Shown: positions 9,517-19,788 of the stretch, piece by piece
Numbering within the stretch: the first letter of the stretch is position 1
How the letters are laid out: the number at the start of each line of letters is the position of its first letter
DNA from: an uncultured Bradymonadales bacterium
GTDB lineage: Bacteria; Myxococcota_A; Bradymonadia; Bradymonadales; Bradymonadaceae
Assembly: GCA_964600555.1 (NCBI GenBank)
Contig: CAZRLK010000003.1
Location: forward strand, 4,854-68,853
Reading direction: 5' to 3'
DNA: 64,000 nt
The notes under the pieces: generated by a model
What the model saw: only the letters and a program-made list of their open reading frames with translations
Told to the model about the DNA's origin: nothing
Databases searched by the model: none
Translations under genes and position numbers: made by a program

Positions 9517-10473
9517 TCACTCGGCCTGCTCGTACGCCAGGATGATGTCCTGGACGAGCGAGTGGCGGACGACGTCCGATTCGCTGAAGGTACAAAACGA
9601 GATGCCGTCGATGTCGCGCAGGATGTTGTTGGCGTGGACCAGCCCGCTTTGTTTGTGCGACGGGAGGTCGATCTGGGTGATGTCCCCGGTGACGATCGCC
9701 TTCGAGCCGAACCCGAGGCGGGTCAAAAACATCTTCATCTGCTCGTCGGTCGCGTTCTGAGCCTCGTCGAAGATGATGAACGAATCCTCCAGGGTTCGAC
9801 CGCGCATGAATGCCAGGGGGGCGACCTCGATGGTATCCTCTTCGAGCATCTGCTCGGTCTGGGACGGGTCGAGCATGTCGTACAGGGCATCGTACAGGGG
9901 CCGAAGATACGGGTTGACCTTTTCGGCCAGGTCACCCGGTAAAAACCCGAGCGTCTCGCCGGCTTCGACGGCCGGTCGGCACAGGATGATGCGCTTGATC
10001 CGGTTTTTGAAATAATACGACAGCGCCATGGCGACCGCCAGGTAGGTCTTGCCGGTGCCGGCCGGGCCGATCCCGAAGACGATGTCGTTTTTGCGCATCG
10101 CCTCGACGTATCTCTTCTGGGCGACGCCGCGCGGCGAGATGACGTCGTTGTGCTCGGAGACGAAGACGGTATCCAAAAAGATCTCGGTCAGATCGACCGA
10201 CGGCTCCGCCGCCAACACCTCGATGGCGCGTTCGACGTCCTCCTTCGCGATCGGGTAACCCTCGCGCCCGAGATCGTACAGTTGACGCAGGAGATTGGTC
10301 GCCAGGTCGACGTCCCGCGGCGCACCCGATATCGTCGCCTCCGTGCCCCGGGCCCCGATCTCGACGTCGAGTTCGGCCTCGACCGTCTTGAGGTGGGTGT
10401 CCCGTTGCCCGAAGACGAATCGCGTGACCTCCTGTTTGTCAAAGTTGACCCGCTGGGTCGCTTCGTTGTCCAA
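9517..10473 (-). CDS. phoH: PhoH-like ATPase
   Basis: Walker A GIGPAGTGKTYLAVAMA, also FIIFDEAQN. TTG start at 10473 preceded by GGAGGA. Confidence 0.9.
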   Translation of the reverse strand: MDNEATQRVNFDKQEVTRFVFGQRDTHLKTVEAELDVEIGARGTEATISGAPRDVDLATNLLRQLYDLGREGYPIAKEDVERAIEVLAAEPSVDLTEIFLDTVFVSEHNDVISPRGVAQKRYVEAMRKNDIVFGIGPAGTGKTYLAVAMALSYYFKNRIKRIILCRPAVEAGETLGFLPGDLAEKVNPYLRPLYDALYDMLDPSQTEQMLEEDTIEVAPLAFMRGRTLEDSFIIFDEAQNATDEQMKMFLTRLGFGSKAIVTGDITQIDLPSHKQSGLVHANNILRDIDGISFCTFSESDVVRHSLVQDIILAYEQAE

Positions 10474-10530
10474 AATTCTCGGTTCCTCCAGTTCGAGTCG
10501 TCTCGCGCGCCGGGAGGCTCGATGCGTCCC

Positions 10531-10974
10531 TCATTCTCTCGAGCGGTCGGTCAGTCGAAAACCTTCGGGAGATGGCGCATACGTCCAATTTCGACTCTCC
10601 AGAGGGTAAGACAGATCGCTGGCGCGCACCAATCCCCGGTCTGCCAGACGCTCGAGGGATTCCGGATATTCCCCGTGGTCGATGCGGTGGACCTCGAGCG
10701 CCCACTCCAGCCGCACGCGAGAGGAGGTGACGCGTGCCCGCTCGATCGGCGTGGGTTGGGTACCCGTCTCGGTCGGGGAGGCGCCGTCGGGAGGCGCCAG
10801 CACCGCCCAGACGCCGAGTGCCAGGGCGGCGGCGACCAGCAAGCCGGTACAGACGTGATGCAGCAGGGCGGTACCGGCGAGTTTCGCCGTGTGGCGCAGG
10901 TCGGCGCCGGGCTCGTCGCCGGCGGCACTCGGCGATGGCTGGTTGCGGGCCTCGGGTTCGGGGCGTTCAGCCAC
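10531..10974 (-). CDS. Hypothetical single-pass membrane protein with pseudopilin-like C-terminal segment
   Basis: GTG at 10974 preceded by GGGAGGAACATC; it overlaps the upstream stop by 8 nt (GTGGCTGA). TM helix LLHHVCTGLLVAAALALGVWAVL. The segment LEWALEVHRIDHGEYPESLERLADRGLV resembles the YP..L..L segment of T2SS GspG-type proteins, but there is no prepilin leader. Confidence 0.45.
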   Translation of the reverse strand: MAERPEPEARNQPSPSAAGDEPGADLRHTAKLAGTALLHHVCTGLLVAAALALGVWAVLAPPDGASPTETGTQPTPIERARVTSSRVRLEWALEVHRIDHGEYPESLERLADRGLVRASDLSYPLESRNWTYAPSPEGFRLTDRSRE

Positions 10975-13000
10975 GATGTTCCTCCCGACCGTCGAGATTG
11001 CTCGAAGGGACGACTGGTTCGATGTCACGGTACGCACTCGCGACGGCGGCGCCGACGACGCCGACGACGAGCAGCCCGCCGAGCCACCGCAGCCCGAGAA
11101 AATCGGGCCCGGCGATCGAGCGGGCCGGCTGCCACAGCCAGTCCGGTTGGGCGACCAGCAAGAGGCCGAGCCCGAGCGTCCCGCCGAGGGCGAACCCGGC
11201 GAAGACCCGGCCGGCGAGGGCGTGGCCGGCGCCGGGCACGAGGAGCGAAAGTGCGCGGCGCAAAAACATCTGGATCGTCGAGCGGCGGCCCAGCAGAGTC
11301 TCGTAGTGGACGCGCGCCCGATAGCCAAGTTCGGCGCCGCCGACGAACGTCCGGTAGCACGGCAGGCAGTGCGGATGGCCACCGGTCCGCTCGGGGTCGT
11401 CCGGCTCGCGGGCCAGCCCGCAGTTCGGACACGGCGAACTGGTGAATCCCAGGAGCGATAAGATCGACAGCAACAACAGCCCGGCGGCGGTCCCGATCCC
11501 GAACAACGGCGTATCGGCGAAGGGATGGGAGGGGCCCGCCGCCCGACGCCAGACGCGGCTGATCACCGTCCCGGCCGGGCCGGAGGTCTCGGCGGCGTCG
11601 GAGGGGGCCTGTCGGTACTGCTGCCACAGATACGTCGTCGGAAGCGGAGGCAGCATCAGGTAGCTCGCCGGATCGTCTCGGGTGAGCTCGGCCTTGCGCT
11701 GGACGCGCTCAGCGTCCCTCTCCGAGGCTTCGCTCGATGCCCGGCTCGCCATCTCGTCGCGTCCCGCACGTCGGGACGCCCGCATCAGATTGAACCAGGC
11801 CGCCACCGAGGCCGTCTCGGCCATCTGGGCGGTTGCCGTCTGGAACGCCTCGATGGCCGCCTCGGTTTGCCCGGAGGTGAATAGCGCCGCGCCCCGCAAA
11901 TTGTGGACGTGTCCGCGCACCGCCTCCGGCGTCGAGGCCGGGGTCTCGAGCAATTCGAGGGCTCGCTCGACTGCCCCGCGATCGCCGGTCTTGATCGAAG
12001 CGAGCGCGAGCGCATAGCGGGTCGGAAAGCTCTGTTCGCGCGTCTCGAGCTCCCCGGCGAGTCGGTCGCGACACCCCTCGCCACACCGGAGGTACTGGGC
12101 CTCGAGTACCTGGCGGGTGTCGCTGTCGAGATATCCGGCCCGCCGTTCGATCTGAGCTTCGACGAAGGGGAGGGGTGCGACGCACAGGGCACCGGCGACG
12201 GCGACGAGGCGTTCGCGCCAGTCCTGGGTCAGCGAGGCCAGGCCGACGAGTGCCAGGAGACCGACGAGATAGGATTTCGTCCACAACACCGCGGCGATGA
12301 CAGCGAGCACGAAGGCCGCCAGGACCTGACGGCGACTGAGGGCCTCGGGGAGCCGCCGGGCGAAGTCGTGGGCAGCGAGCGGGAGGTGGCGGATCGTCTG
12401 ACCGACGAATACGACGCCGAAGCCGGCGGCCAGAAAGACGACGATCGCCAGCAGACCGTAGCTCTCGAGGATGGTCCGGGTCGTCGGCCATCGGAGGGCC
12501 TGCGAGAGGCCATCGACGTACGTGCCGACCATCTGTTCGAGCTGGTCCGGGTGGTGCGAGGCGAGATACCGAGCCTCGATCAGGTGCGGATAGGGGAGAT
12601 CCGGAGCGAGGCTCTGGGCGGCGTCGAAGATGCCGCCGACGCGCTCGGCCTCGAGGTCGCCGCCATGCTCCTCGAGCGAGGTGTGGACGGCTGCAGCGTA
12701 GGCGGGGGCGTTGCGAAAGCCGAAGCCCTGCGCATCGGCGACGAGCTGCTCGAGCGGATCGGCGTCCGGCGCACCTTCGGCGAGGCTCTGACGCCAGTGG
12801 CGCAGATTCAGGTCGAGGTTCACCCGCGCGACGCTCGCGGCCGGCAGCCCCTCACCGGCCTCCTGCGAGGTCGAGTCGTCGAACGACTCGATCAGATCCT
12901 CGGTATTCTGTGCCGAGACGTCGGCCGGGCCCCCGAGGGTCACCGCCACGGCGACTACGACCAACCAGAGGTGAACCGATGAACGAGCCATACGAAACAT
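10967..13000 (-). CDS. Hypothetical polytopic membrane protein with TPR-like region and embedded zinc-ribbon
   Basis: ATG at 13000 or 12991 (MARSSVHLWLVVVAVAVTLGGPADVSAQ signal). Several hydrophobic helices. CPNCGLAREPDDPERTGGHPHCLPCY lies between TM segments. Coding-like composition. Confidence 0.6.
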   Translation of the reverse strand: MFRMARSSVHLWLVVVAVAVTLGGPADVSAQNTEDLIESFDDSTSQEAGEGLPAASVARVNLDLNLRHWRQSLAEGAPDADPLEQLVADAQGFGFRNAPAYAAAVHTSLEEHGGDLEAERVGGIFDAAQSLAPDLPYPHLIEARYLASHHPDQLEQMVGTYVDGLSQALRWPTTRTILESYGLLAIVVFLAAGFGVVFVGQTIRHLPLAAHDFARRLPEALSRRQVLAAFVLAVIAAVLWTKSYLVGLLALVGLASLTQDWRERLVAVAGALCVAPLPFVEAQIERRAGYLDSDTRQVLEAQYLRCGEGCRDRLAGELETREQSFPTRYALALASIKTGDRGAVERALELLETPASTPEAVRGHVHNLRGAALFTSGQTEAAIEAFQTATAQMAETASVAAWFNLMRASRRAGRDEMASRASSEASERDAERVQRKAELTRDDPASYLMLPPLPTTYLWQQYRQAPSDAAETSGPAGTVISRVWRRAAGPSHPFADTPLFGIGTAAGLLLLSILSLLGFTSSPCPNCGLAREPDDPERTGGHPHCLPCYRTFVGGAELGYRARVHYETLLGRRSTIQMFLRRALSLLVPGAGHALAGRVFAGFALGGTLGLGLLLVAQPDWLWQPARSIAGPDFLGLRWLGGLLVVGVVGAAVASAYRDIEPVVPSSNLDGREEHRG

Positions 13001-13259
13001 GTGTCGGACATCCACTAATACGCCCGCATGTTAGCCAGTCGAACCTCCGAGACGCAAGGCACTCGCCGCCCCCGAACGCCGGTTTCCAGTGATCGCCGCC
13101 CCTCCGGCATCTTGATTCCCCCCTCCCGCCATTTTTATAGTGGGCCAGCTTCGGACGCCCCCGCTCGCCGCGCGGACCCGTGGCGGGGACGAGCATGTCA
13201 GCCGACGGGCGGGTGGCCCGACCTCTCGATCCCCGACGACTTACACGAAGGAACTTCTC

Positions 13260-14966
13260 ATGAGTCCGAGACGCCGACGACGAGTGCGCACCTGCGAGGT
13301 TTGTCTGCTCAGTTTGCTCCTGGCTTTTCTGCTGGGCGGACTCGGTTGCTCCGGGGGGGAGGAAGGTCCCGATAAGAGCGGCGAAGGGGAAAGTTGCAGC
13401 GTCGCCGCCGACTGTCAGCAGCCGTTCGTGTGTCGAGACGGCGTCTGCACCGACGGCTCCAGCGGCGACGTCGGGGTCGAGGACGGCGGCGATACCGGCA
13501 CGAGCCTCACGTCCGAAGACTACTACATCTCGTATCTCGTCACCGACCGCGCGAATCCCCAGGAGCCGGGCGAGCTGAAAGTCTACTCGACCGCCGACCA
13601 GACCCACACCGTCGTCAACGACCCGGACGCGGTCGACTGCAGTTCGGAGTGTTGGCTGACCCGCGACATGCAGCATTTCGTCTACACCGAGAGCGCGGGC
13701 GGGAGCATGGTCGACGTGATGGTTGCCGGAGTCGGCGAGAATTTCGAGGCCGCCGGGGAGGGGACGGCGCTGGTCGAGGAAGTCACCGACGTCGAAATGC
13801 AGGGCAACCACGTCAGCTTCATGGACGGGAGTGTTCAGGGGGGCGGGACCGTCTTCACACGAGAAGTGTCGGCCGAGGGCGACGGTCAAGCGCAGAGCGT
13901 CGGCGACGTCGGCGGCAGCGACGACTGGGTCGTCGACCCCGTCAACGATGCCGGCCTGCTGTTCGTGGTCGGCGAGTCGAACTCGACGCTCGACGTCGAG
14001 ATCGGGGCGGCGACCGACCGCCAGGACGTCTCCAGCTTTCAGATCGACGGAGCGAACTTTCAGGAGGAGAGTGGGGCGTTTTTCGGCGGCGCGGTCCCGG
14101 CGGCGTTCTCGCGCGACGGCCGGGTCGGCGCGTTCGTCACCCAGGAGGCCCCCAACGACGGGGCGTATTGCACCCGCGACAACGAGCAAAACGCCTGGAG
14201 TACCTCCGATTGCGACACGGACCTGTACTACAAGTGCGGCAACGACCAGCGCTGCACCCGCCTGGAGGTCGTGCTCCACACCGTCGACATGCAAAACGCA
14301 GAGGAGCTGGGCGAGAACTGCGATGCCGCCGAGGAGTGTAGTCCGTATCACGAATGCTACATTCCGGCCGCCGACCGCAGTGACGAGGCGATGTGCGTGC
14401 CCGGCCGCACCGTGCTGGGCGTCCCGCCGACGACCCAGGGACCGGAGCGCGAGACGCCCGGGTGCCGGATTACGAGCGAAGACGACTCGATCGACTTCAC
14501 CAGTGTCAACGGCCCTCTGAGCTTCGATGCGGACAAAAACATCTACATGGTCGGCCAGCGTCAGCGCTCGGTCCCCGACGCGAGCCGCTACAGCTGTCCG
14601 GGAGACTACGACACCGACACCAGCCAGATTGTCCGCGTCGATCCGCGCGATCGCGAGTACGACGTGCTCGGCGGATTCGGGCCGGAGGAGAGCTACTCGG
14701 CCGACGCGTGTGCCGGGGGCGCCGAGGACCCCGAGGAGCTGGAGGGATGCGAGGTGTTCGTCGATTCGGCCGTCATCTCGCCGGGTGGAAACGAACTCGC
14801 CTACGCCGGAACCCATCCGAGCACCCAGAGCACCGGTCAGGCCGACTCGAACCTCTCGCTGTGGCACATGCTCTGGGACCGGAGTGAACGCTGGTTTGCC
14901 CGCGACGAGTCGACGGGCACGAGCGCCCAGGTCAGCTCGATTCACGTCCACCCGGCCGACGACTGA
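13260..14966 (+). CDS. Hypothetical lipoprotein with N-terminal Cys-knot module
   Basis: ATG at 13260 after GAAGGAA. Lipobox LLLAFLLGGLGCSGG. CSVAADCQQPFVCRDGVCTD module. Acidic, coding-like remainder. Confidence 0.7.
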   Translation: MSPRRRRRVRTCEVCLLSLLLAFLLGGLGCSGGEEGPDKSGEGESCSVAADCQQPFVCRDGVCTDGSSGDVGVEDGGDTGTSLTSEDYYISYLVTDRANPQEPGELKVYSTADQTHTVVNDPDAVDCSSECWLTRDMQHFVYTESAGGSMVDVMVAGVGENFEAAGEGTALVEEVTDVEMQGNHVSFMDGSVQGGGTVFTREVSAEGDGQAQSVGDVGGSDDWVVDPVNDAGLLFVVGESNSTLDVEIGAATDRQDVSSFQIDGANFQEESGAFFGGAVPAAFSRDGRVGAFVTQEAPNDGAYCTRDNEQNAWSTSDCDTDLYYKCGNDQRCTRLEVVLHTVDMQNAEELGENCDAAEECSPYHECYIPAADRSDEAMCVPGRTVLGVPPTTQGPERETPGCRITSEDDSIDFTSVNGPLSFDADKNIYMVGQRQRSVPDASRYSCPGDYDTDTSQIVRVDPRDREYDVLGGFGPEESYSADACAGGAEDPEELEGCEVFVDSAVISPGGNELAYAGTHPSTQSTGQADSNLSLWHMLWDRSERWFARDESTGTSAQVSSIHVHPADD

Positions 14967-14981
14967 CCCGGGGGAGGGGGG

Positions 14982-16451
14982 TTATTCGTTCGCCTCCTCG
15001 CTCTTTTTCTTGAGCTTTTTGCGCAGGTTCGGGTCGAGCTTTTTGACGGCGCCGGGCGAGGGCCGGTTTTTCTGCTGGATTTGCTCGAGAGCCTTCTTGT
15101 CGATCGTCCGCTCGTCGCCCTCCTGACCGGAGGCGTCGCCGAACTCGAAGCGCCCGAATTTGTCGACCTGGTGGAAGTCGCCGCGGGCGGCCGTGCTCCA
15201 GGCGTAAGTGTGGGTGGTCTCGTCGTCGGGCCGATCGTAGCGATACAGATTCACCGCCCAGGGCGTCTCGAAGGCGGCGTCGGCCTCCTCGAGGCCCGGC
15301 AGCGAGTCGACCGGGATCTTCAGCTCCACGCTCCATCCCTCGTCCTCGTCGGAGTCGTCGTTGAGCGTCCCGTCGACCGAGACCGCCGATTCCAGCCCCT
15401 CGAGCGTGAACTCTTTGGCGCGATCGATCTGGGCCTCCCGGCTTCCCTCCCCGTCGCCGAGTCGCGTCTCGAAGTGCGCGTCGAAGATCGTCCCCTTCGG
15501 ATTGATCTGTAGCTCGAGGTAATCCGCGCCGTCGCCGTCCGGGTCGACGAACAGCTCGAGGACCTCCTCCTCCCAGGTGTTCGCGTCTCGCTCGCTTTTC
15601 GTACTCCAGACGTGGGAATCCTCCATCTCGGCGCCGACGAACAGGTGGCTGTCGGTGCGAAAGACGTCGACCTCGGTGGCGAGTTTCGGAGTCGAGCCGA
15701 ACGGCGACAACTCGATGCTCTCGACCTCACCCCACAGATCCTCGTCGAGATCGCCGTCGATTTCGATCGCCTCGGCCTGCTCGGTGTCCACGTTGCGGAC
15801 CGTGTGGCTCGGCGTCTGGCCGGAGGGGGCCTGCTCGGAGTCGTTGGTGACGTTGAGGCTCGGGGCTTTGACCCGCCGGTCGTCGGTTTTGGGGACGTCG
15901 TTCTTGATGGCGAGTCGGCGCTGACCGCGATAAAATCCGATGTACGGCACCGCGGGCCCGGCCGGGTAGTCCTCGCGGATGGTCACCTCCTGGACATCCT
16001 CGACGATCTTGCCGACCGCGCGGGACCATTTGCCGGTCGGGAACAGGCCGCCGAGGGGTTCGTGGTCGAGGTTTTGACGACGCTCGGCGGGGGAGACGTC
16101 GGTGTTCTTCGAGTCGAAGTGCACGAAGATCTCCCAGTTTTTGTCGATCTTGTCTTTGACCTTCCAGTACCAGCGAAAGGTCGTCTTTTCGCCGGCGACG
16201 AGCGCCTCGTCTTTTTCGTCCGGCTCGCCGACCGAGAAGCCGACCAGCTCGATTTTGTCCTCGAAATTCGCGCCGATTTTGTACTCGGGGGTCGGCGCTT
16301 CGTCCGGCTTGTAGATGTGTTCCTGGACCTCGTTCCACTGTTTTTCGGTCAGCGTCGGCGACGGCTGCTCGACTTCCTGGCAGGCCGCCAGGGCGACGGC
16401 GCCGGCGACGAGGGCGACGAGGAGACAACGGCTTCGACGTGGCGTACTCAT
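14982..16451 (-). CDS. Lipoprotein with C-terminal CBM9-like (carbohydrate-binding family 9 / DOMON-like) domain
   Basis: ATG at 16451 giving MSTPRRSRCLLVALVAGAVALAACQE (lipobox). IDGDLDEDLWGEVESIELSPF...LFVGAEMEDSHVW...WEEEVLELFVDPDGDGADYLELQINPKGTIFDAHF matches the CBM9-like pattern from memory. Confidence 0.65.
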   Translation of the reverse strand: MSTPRRSRCLLVALVAGAVALAACQEVEQPSPTLTEKQWNEVQEHIYKPDEAPTPEYKIGANFEDKIELVGFSVGEPDEKDEALVAGEKTTFRWYWKVKDKIDKNWEIFVHFDSKNTDVSPAERRQNLDHEPLGGLFPTGKWSRAVGKIVEDVQEVTIREDYPAGPAVPYIGFYRGQRRLAIKNDVPKTDDRRVKAPSLNVTNDSEQAPSGQTPSHTVRNVDTEQAEAIEIDGDLDEDLWGEVESIELSPFGSTPKLATEVDVFRTDSHLFVGAEMEDSHVWSTKSERDANTWEEEVLELFVDPDGDGADYLELQINPKGTIFDAHFETRLGDGEGSREAQIDRAKEFTLEGLESAVSVDGTLNDDSDEDEGWSVELKIPVDSLPGLEEADAAFETPWAVNLYRYDRPDDETTHTYAWSTAARGDFHQVDKFGRFEFGDASGQEGDERTIDKKALEQIQQKNRPSPGAVKKLDPNLRKKLKKKSEEANE

Positions 16452-16653
16452 GGCAGGTGGGGGTGGTGGACGGCATTGACGGGACTTCGAACATTCGAAT
16501 CGCGTCCGAACGTAGTTCAGCCCAGACCGGTTTTCAAGATGGGCCGGTGAGCGGGTGAGGAAGTTGGCGAGCGCCACGTCGCCGAGGGATTTCAACGCGC
16601 GAGAGGCCTGTGATAGTAGCAGGGAGCGAATGGTGCCTGCATCGGGAGAGTTC

Positions 16654-18081
16654 ATGGAGTTCGATGCGCAAACGCAGTTTCATCTCATCGGGATCGGCGG
16701 GATCGGCGTCTCCGGCGTCGCCCGCATCCTCCACCAGCGCGGCTACACGGTCGGCGGCTCGGACGTACGCGAAAGTTCGATCACCGAGGCGCTCCGCGAG
16801 GAGGGCCTCGAGGTGACGATCGGCCACGAGGCGAGCAACGTCGACGGGGCGGACGTCGTCGTCACCTCGACGGCGATCCCGGAGGACAACCTCGAGTTGC
16901 AGGTCGCCCGCGACCGGGATCTGCGGATCGTGCATCGCTCGGAGCTTCTGCAGTGGCTGGTCGACGATCTGCGCGTCATCGGCGTCACCGGCACCCACGG
17001 CAAGGGGACGGTCGCGAGCATGATCGCCTGGATTCTCGAGTGCGCCGGTCTCGAGCCGGGCTTCGTCATCGGCGGGATGCTCGAGAATTTCGACACCAAC
17101 GCCCGCGACGCCGGCGGCCGCTGGATGGTCGTCGAGATCGACGAGTCCGACGGCACCCACCACAACCTCTCGCCGGACTACCTCGTCTGCAACTTCCTCG
17201 AGCTCGACCACCTCAACTACTACGACGGCCTCGAAGACATCATCGGCTCGATGGTCGAGTATTTCGAGGCGAACGAGCGGCTCAAAGAGACGTTCATCAA
17301 CCTCGATTGCGACGGCAACCGCCGGCTCGTCGAGCGGGTCGACCTGCGGCCGACCGGCTATTCGCGCAACCACCCGAGCGAATACCGCGGCGAGCTGGTC
17401 GCCCGCGAGCAGTTGCCGATCACCTTCGAGGCGGCCCGCCGCGAGGAGTCGTTCGGCAGCTTCGAGCTCGACCTGCCCGGCTACTACAACGTCGTCAACG
17501 CCCTCGGAGCGCTCGCCGTCTGCGACCGGATCGGCGTCGACATGGAGGCGATCCGCGAGGGGCTCGCCACCTACGAGGGCGTCGAGAATCGGTTCACCAT
17601 CTCGCGGGGCGGCGGCGTGACGATCGTCAAGGACTACGTCAGCCACCCGACCGGCATCCGCAAGGTGCTGGAGTCGGCGAGGGGCCTGGCCGACGGCCGG
17701 ATCGTGTCGGTGTTCAAGCCGTATCGCTACACGCTGATCGATTATCTCGGCGACGAGTACGGCGAGGCGTTTCAGGGCGCCGATCGGGCGGTGATCACGA
17801 AGATGTACGCCGCCGACGAGGATCCGATCCCGGGCGTCGACACCCACACCGTCGTCGACGCCATCCGCGACAACGGCGTCGAGGTGACCTACGTGCCCGA
17901 CGAGACGAACGTCCGCGAGCGTCTCCACGAGATCGTCGAGCCGGGGGACATCGTCGTCGTGTTCGGGGGCGACGACTTTTTCGAGATGGCCGAGCAGTTC
18001 GAGGCCGAACTCGCACAGCGCGCCGGTGAGACCGACGAGGCGGCCGAGCAGCAGCGCGTCGACGGTCCGCTGGTCGACTGA
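16654..18081 (+). CDS. murC: UDP-N-acetylmuramate--L-alanine ligase
   Basis: ATG at 16654 after GGGAGAG. HLIGIGGIGVSGVARIL dinucleotide-fold motif. GVTGTHGKGTVASM P-loop. Confidence 0.9.
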   Translation: MEFDAQTQFHLIGIGGIGVSGVARILHQRGYTVGGSDVRESSITEALREEGLEVTIGHEASNVDGADVVVTSTAIPEDNLELQVARDRDLRIVHRSELLQWLVDDLRVIGVTGTHGKGTVASMIAWILECAGLEPGFVIGGMLENFDTNARDAGGRWMVVEIDESDGTHHNLSPDYLVCNFLELDHLNYYDGLEDIIGSMVEYFEANERLKETFINLDCDGNRRLVERVDLRPTGYSRNHPSEYRGELVAREQLPITFEAARREESFGSFELDLPGYYNVVNALGALAVCDRIGVDMEAIREGLATYEGVENRFTISRGGGVTIVKDYVSHPTGIRKVLESARGLADGRIVSVFKPYRYTLIDYLGDEYGEAFQGADRAVITKMYAADEDPIPGVDTHTVVDAIRDNGVEVTYVPDETNVRERLHEIVEPGDIVVVFGGDDFFEMAEQFEAELAQRAGETDEAAEQQRVDGPLVD

Positions 18082-18092
18082 GGGGAGGTGCC

Positions 18093-19481
18093 ATGACGCA
18101 AAACTGGCTGCATTTCGACCGCTTCGCCGTCTTCGGGCTCGGCAAAAGCGGCATCGCCGTCAGCAATCTGCTGGCCGAGCGGGGCAAGCGGGTCGTCGCC
18201 TCCGATACCGCCGCCCGCGAGTCGCTCCGGCCCGGGATCGAGCGCGTCGACGAGGCGGTCGAGCTGGTGTGCGGCGGGCACCGCTTCGAGGGGGCCGAGG
18301 TCGTGGTCGTCTCGCCGGGCCTGTCGCCGGACCTCGAGATCGTCGGGCGGATCCGCGAGGCGGGACTGCCGATCGTCTCCGAGATCGAGATCGCCTACGA
18401 CGCCGCCCGGGCGCCCGTCGCCGCCATCACCGGGACCGACGGCAAGACGACCACGACCGCGCTTCTCGGGCACATCGCCGAGCTATCGGAGCGGCCGAGC
18501 GCCGTCGGCGGCAACATCGGCACGCCGCTCTCGGCCGTCGTCGACGAGGTCCCCGCCGGGGGGCTGGTCGTCGCCGAGGTGAGTGCCTTCCAGCTCTGGT
18601 CGATCCACCACTTCCGCCCCCGCATCGCCGGGTTCACCAACATCGCCGGCGATCATCTCGACTACTTCGAGACTCGCCGGGAGTACCGCGAGGCGAAGCG
18701 CCGGCTCGAGAGCAACATGCGCGGCGACGATCTCGTCGTCTACAACCTCGACGATCCCGTCGTCGAGACCTGGAGTCGCAACCCGCCCGCCGAACGGGGC
18801 GTGTACGGGTTCGAGGTGGCCTCGAGCGTCGAGGCCGAGGTGGCCGTCCGCGAGCAGGGCGGGGCGATCGTCGCCGAGTGCGACGGCCGGACCTTCGAGT
18901 TGCTGGAGCACGACGATCTGGCGCTGCCCGGCGATCACAACCTCTCGAACGCCATGTGCGCCTCGGCGATGGCGCTCGCGGCCGAGATCGACGCCGAGAC
19001 CGTCGCCGAGGGCCTGGCGAGCTTCGAGCCGCTGCCCCACCGCATCGAACCGTGCGGCAGCATCGACGGCGTCGAATTCGTCAACGACTCGAAGGCGACC
19101 AACGTCAACGCCGCGCTCGCCGGCCTGTCGAGCATCGACGGCCCGCTGGTCGCCGTCGTCGGCGGCGTCGACGAGGGCCTCGAGCTGGCGCCCCTGTGCC
19201 GCCATCTGGCCGAGCACGCCGTCGGCGTCGTCGTCATCGGCGAGATGGCCTCCCGGCTGAGCGACGAGCTGGCGGGCTTCGTCGACGACGACTTCCGCCT
19301 CGAGCCCGCCGAGAGCCTCGAGGAGGCGACCCGCCTGGCGTATCGATGGGCCCGCGAGTCGGCGGCGACGGTCACGCTCAGTCCCGCCTGTTCGAGCTTC
19401 GACATGTTCGATAGCTACGAGGACCGCGGCGAGTCCTTTCGCCGAGCCGTCGAGCGGTTGCGCAGCGAGCACGGCGGGTAA
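18093..19481 (+). CDS. murD: UDP-N-acetylmuramoyl-L-alanine--D-glutamate ligase
   Basis: ATG at 18093 after GGGGAGG, 11 nt after the murC stop. FGLGKSGIAVSNLLAERG and ITGTDGKTTTT motifs. Confidence 0.9.
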   Translation: MTQNWLHFDRFAVFGLGKSGIAVSNLLAERGKRVVASDTAARESLRPGIERVDEAVELVCGGHRFEGAEVVVVSPGLSPDLEIVGRIREAGLPIVSEIEIAYDAARAPVAAITGTDGKTTTTALLGHIAELSERPSAVGGNIGTPLSAVVDEVPAGGLVVAEVSAFQLWSIHHFRPRIAGFTNIAGDHLDYFETRREYREAKRRLESNMRGDDLVVYNLDDPVVETWSRNPPAERGVYGFEVASSVEAEVAVREQGGAIVAECDGRTFELLEHDDLALPGDHNLSNAMCASAMALAAEIDAETVAEGLASFEPLPHRIEPCGSIDGVEFVNDSKATNVNAALAGLSSIDGPLVAVVGGVDEGLELAPLCRHLAEHAVGVVVIGEMASRLSDELAGFVDDDFRLEPAESLEEATRLAYRWARESAATVTLSPACSSFDMFDSYEDRGESFRRAVERLRSEHGG

Positions 19482-19572
19482 GAGCCGGCGGAGGCCGGGC
19501 ACCTGCAAGAACCAGAAAAACCGACGGCCCCGAGGGGACCGCCGGTCGGTACGTCGGGGTTGCGGTCGGCTG

Positions 19573-19788
19573 TCACTCCAGCCGCGCCACCACGTCGCCC
19601 TCGTCGACCGAATCGTCCTTTTCGACCAGGATCTCGGCGACGGTCCCTTCGGCGGGAGACTCGATGGGCATCTCCATTTTCATCGACTCGAGGATGATCA
19701 GCTCGTCGTCCTCGCTGACCTCGTCGCCTTTCTCGACCTGGATCTGCCAGACCGTCCCGGTGATGTGTGCTTCGACGTCGGTTGCCAT
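19573..19788 (-). CDS. Small biotinyl/lipoyl-domain protein (biotin carboxyl carrier-like, 71 aa)
   Basis: ATG at 19788 after GAGGAG. Biotinylation motif ESMKMEMPI. Confidence 0.8.
   Translation of the reverse strand: MATDVEAHITGTVWQIQVEKGDEVSEDDELIILESMKMEMPIESPAEGTVAEILVEKDDSVDEGDVVARLE

Noticed and set aside
10531-11382. 283-aa version of the small membrane protein ORF
   Set aside because: Its N-terminal 136 aa overlap the end of the 10967-13000 gene in another frame and are Ala/Arg/Ser/Pro-rich. A GTG at 10974 with a GGGAGG RBS gives a sensible 147-aa protein.
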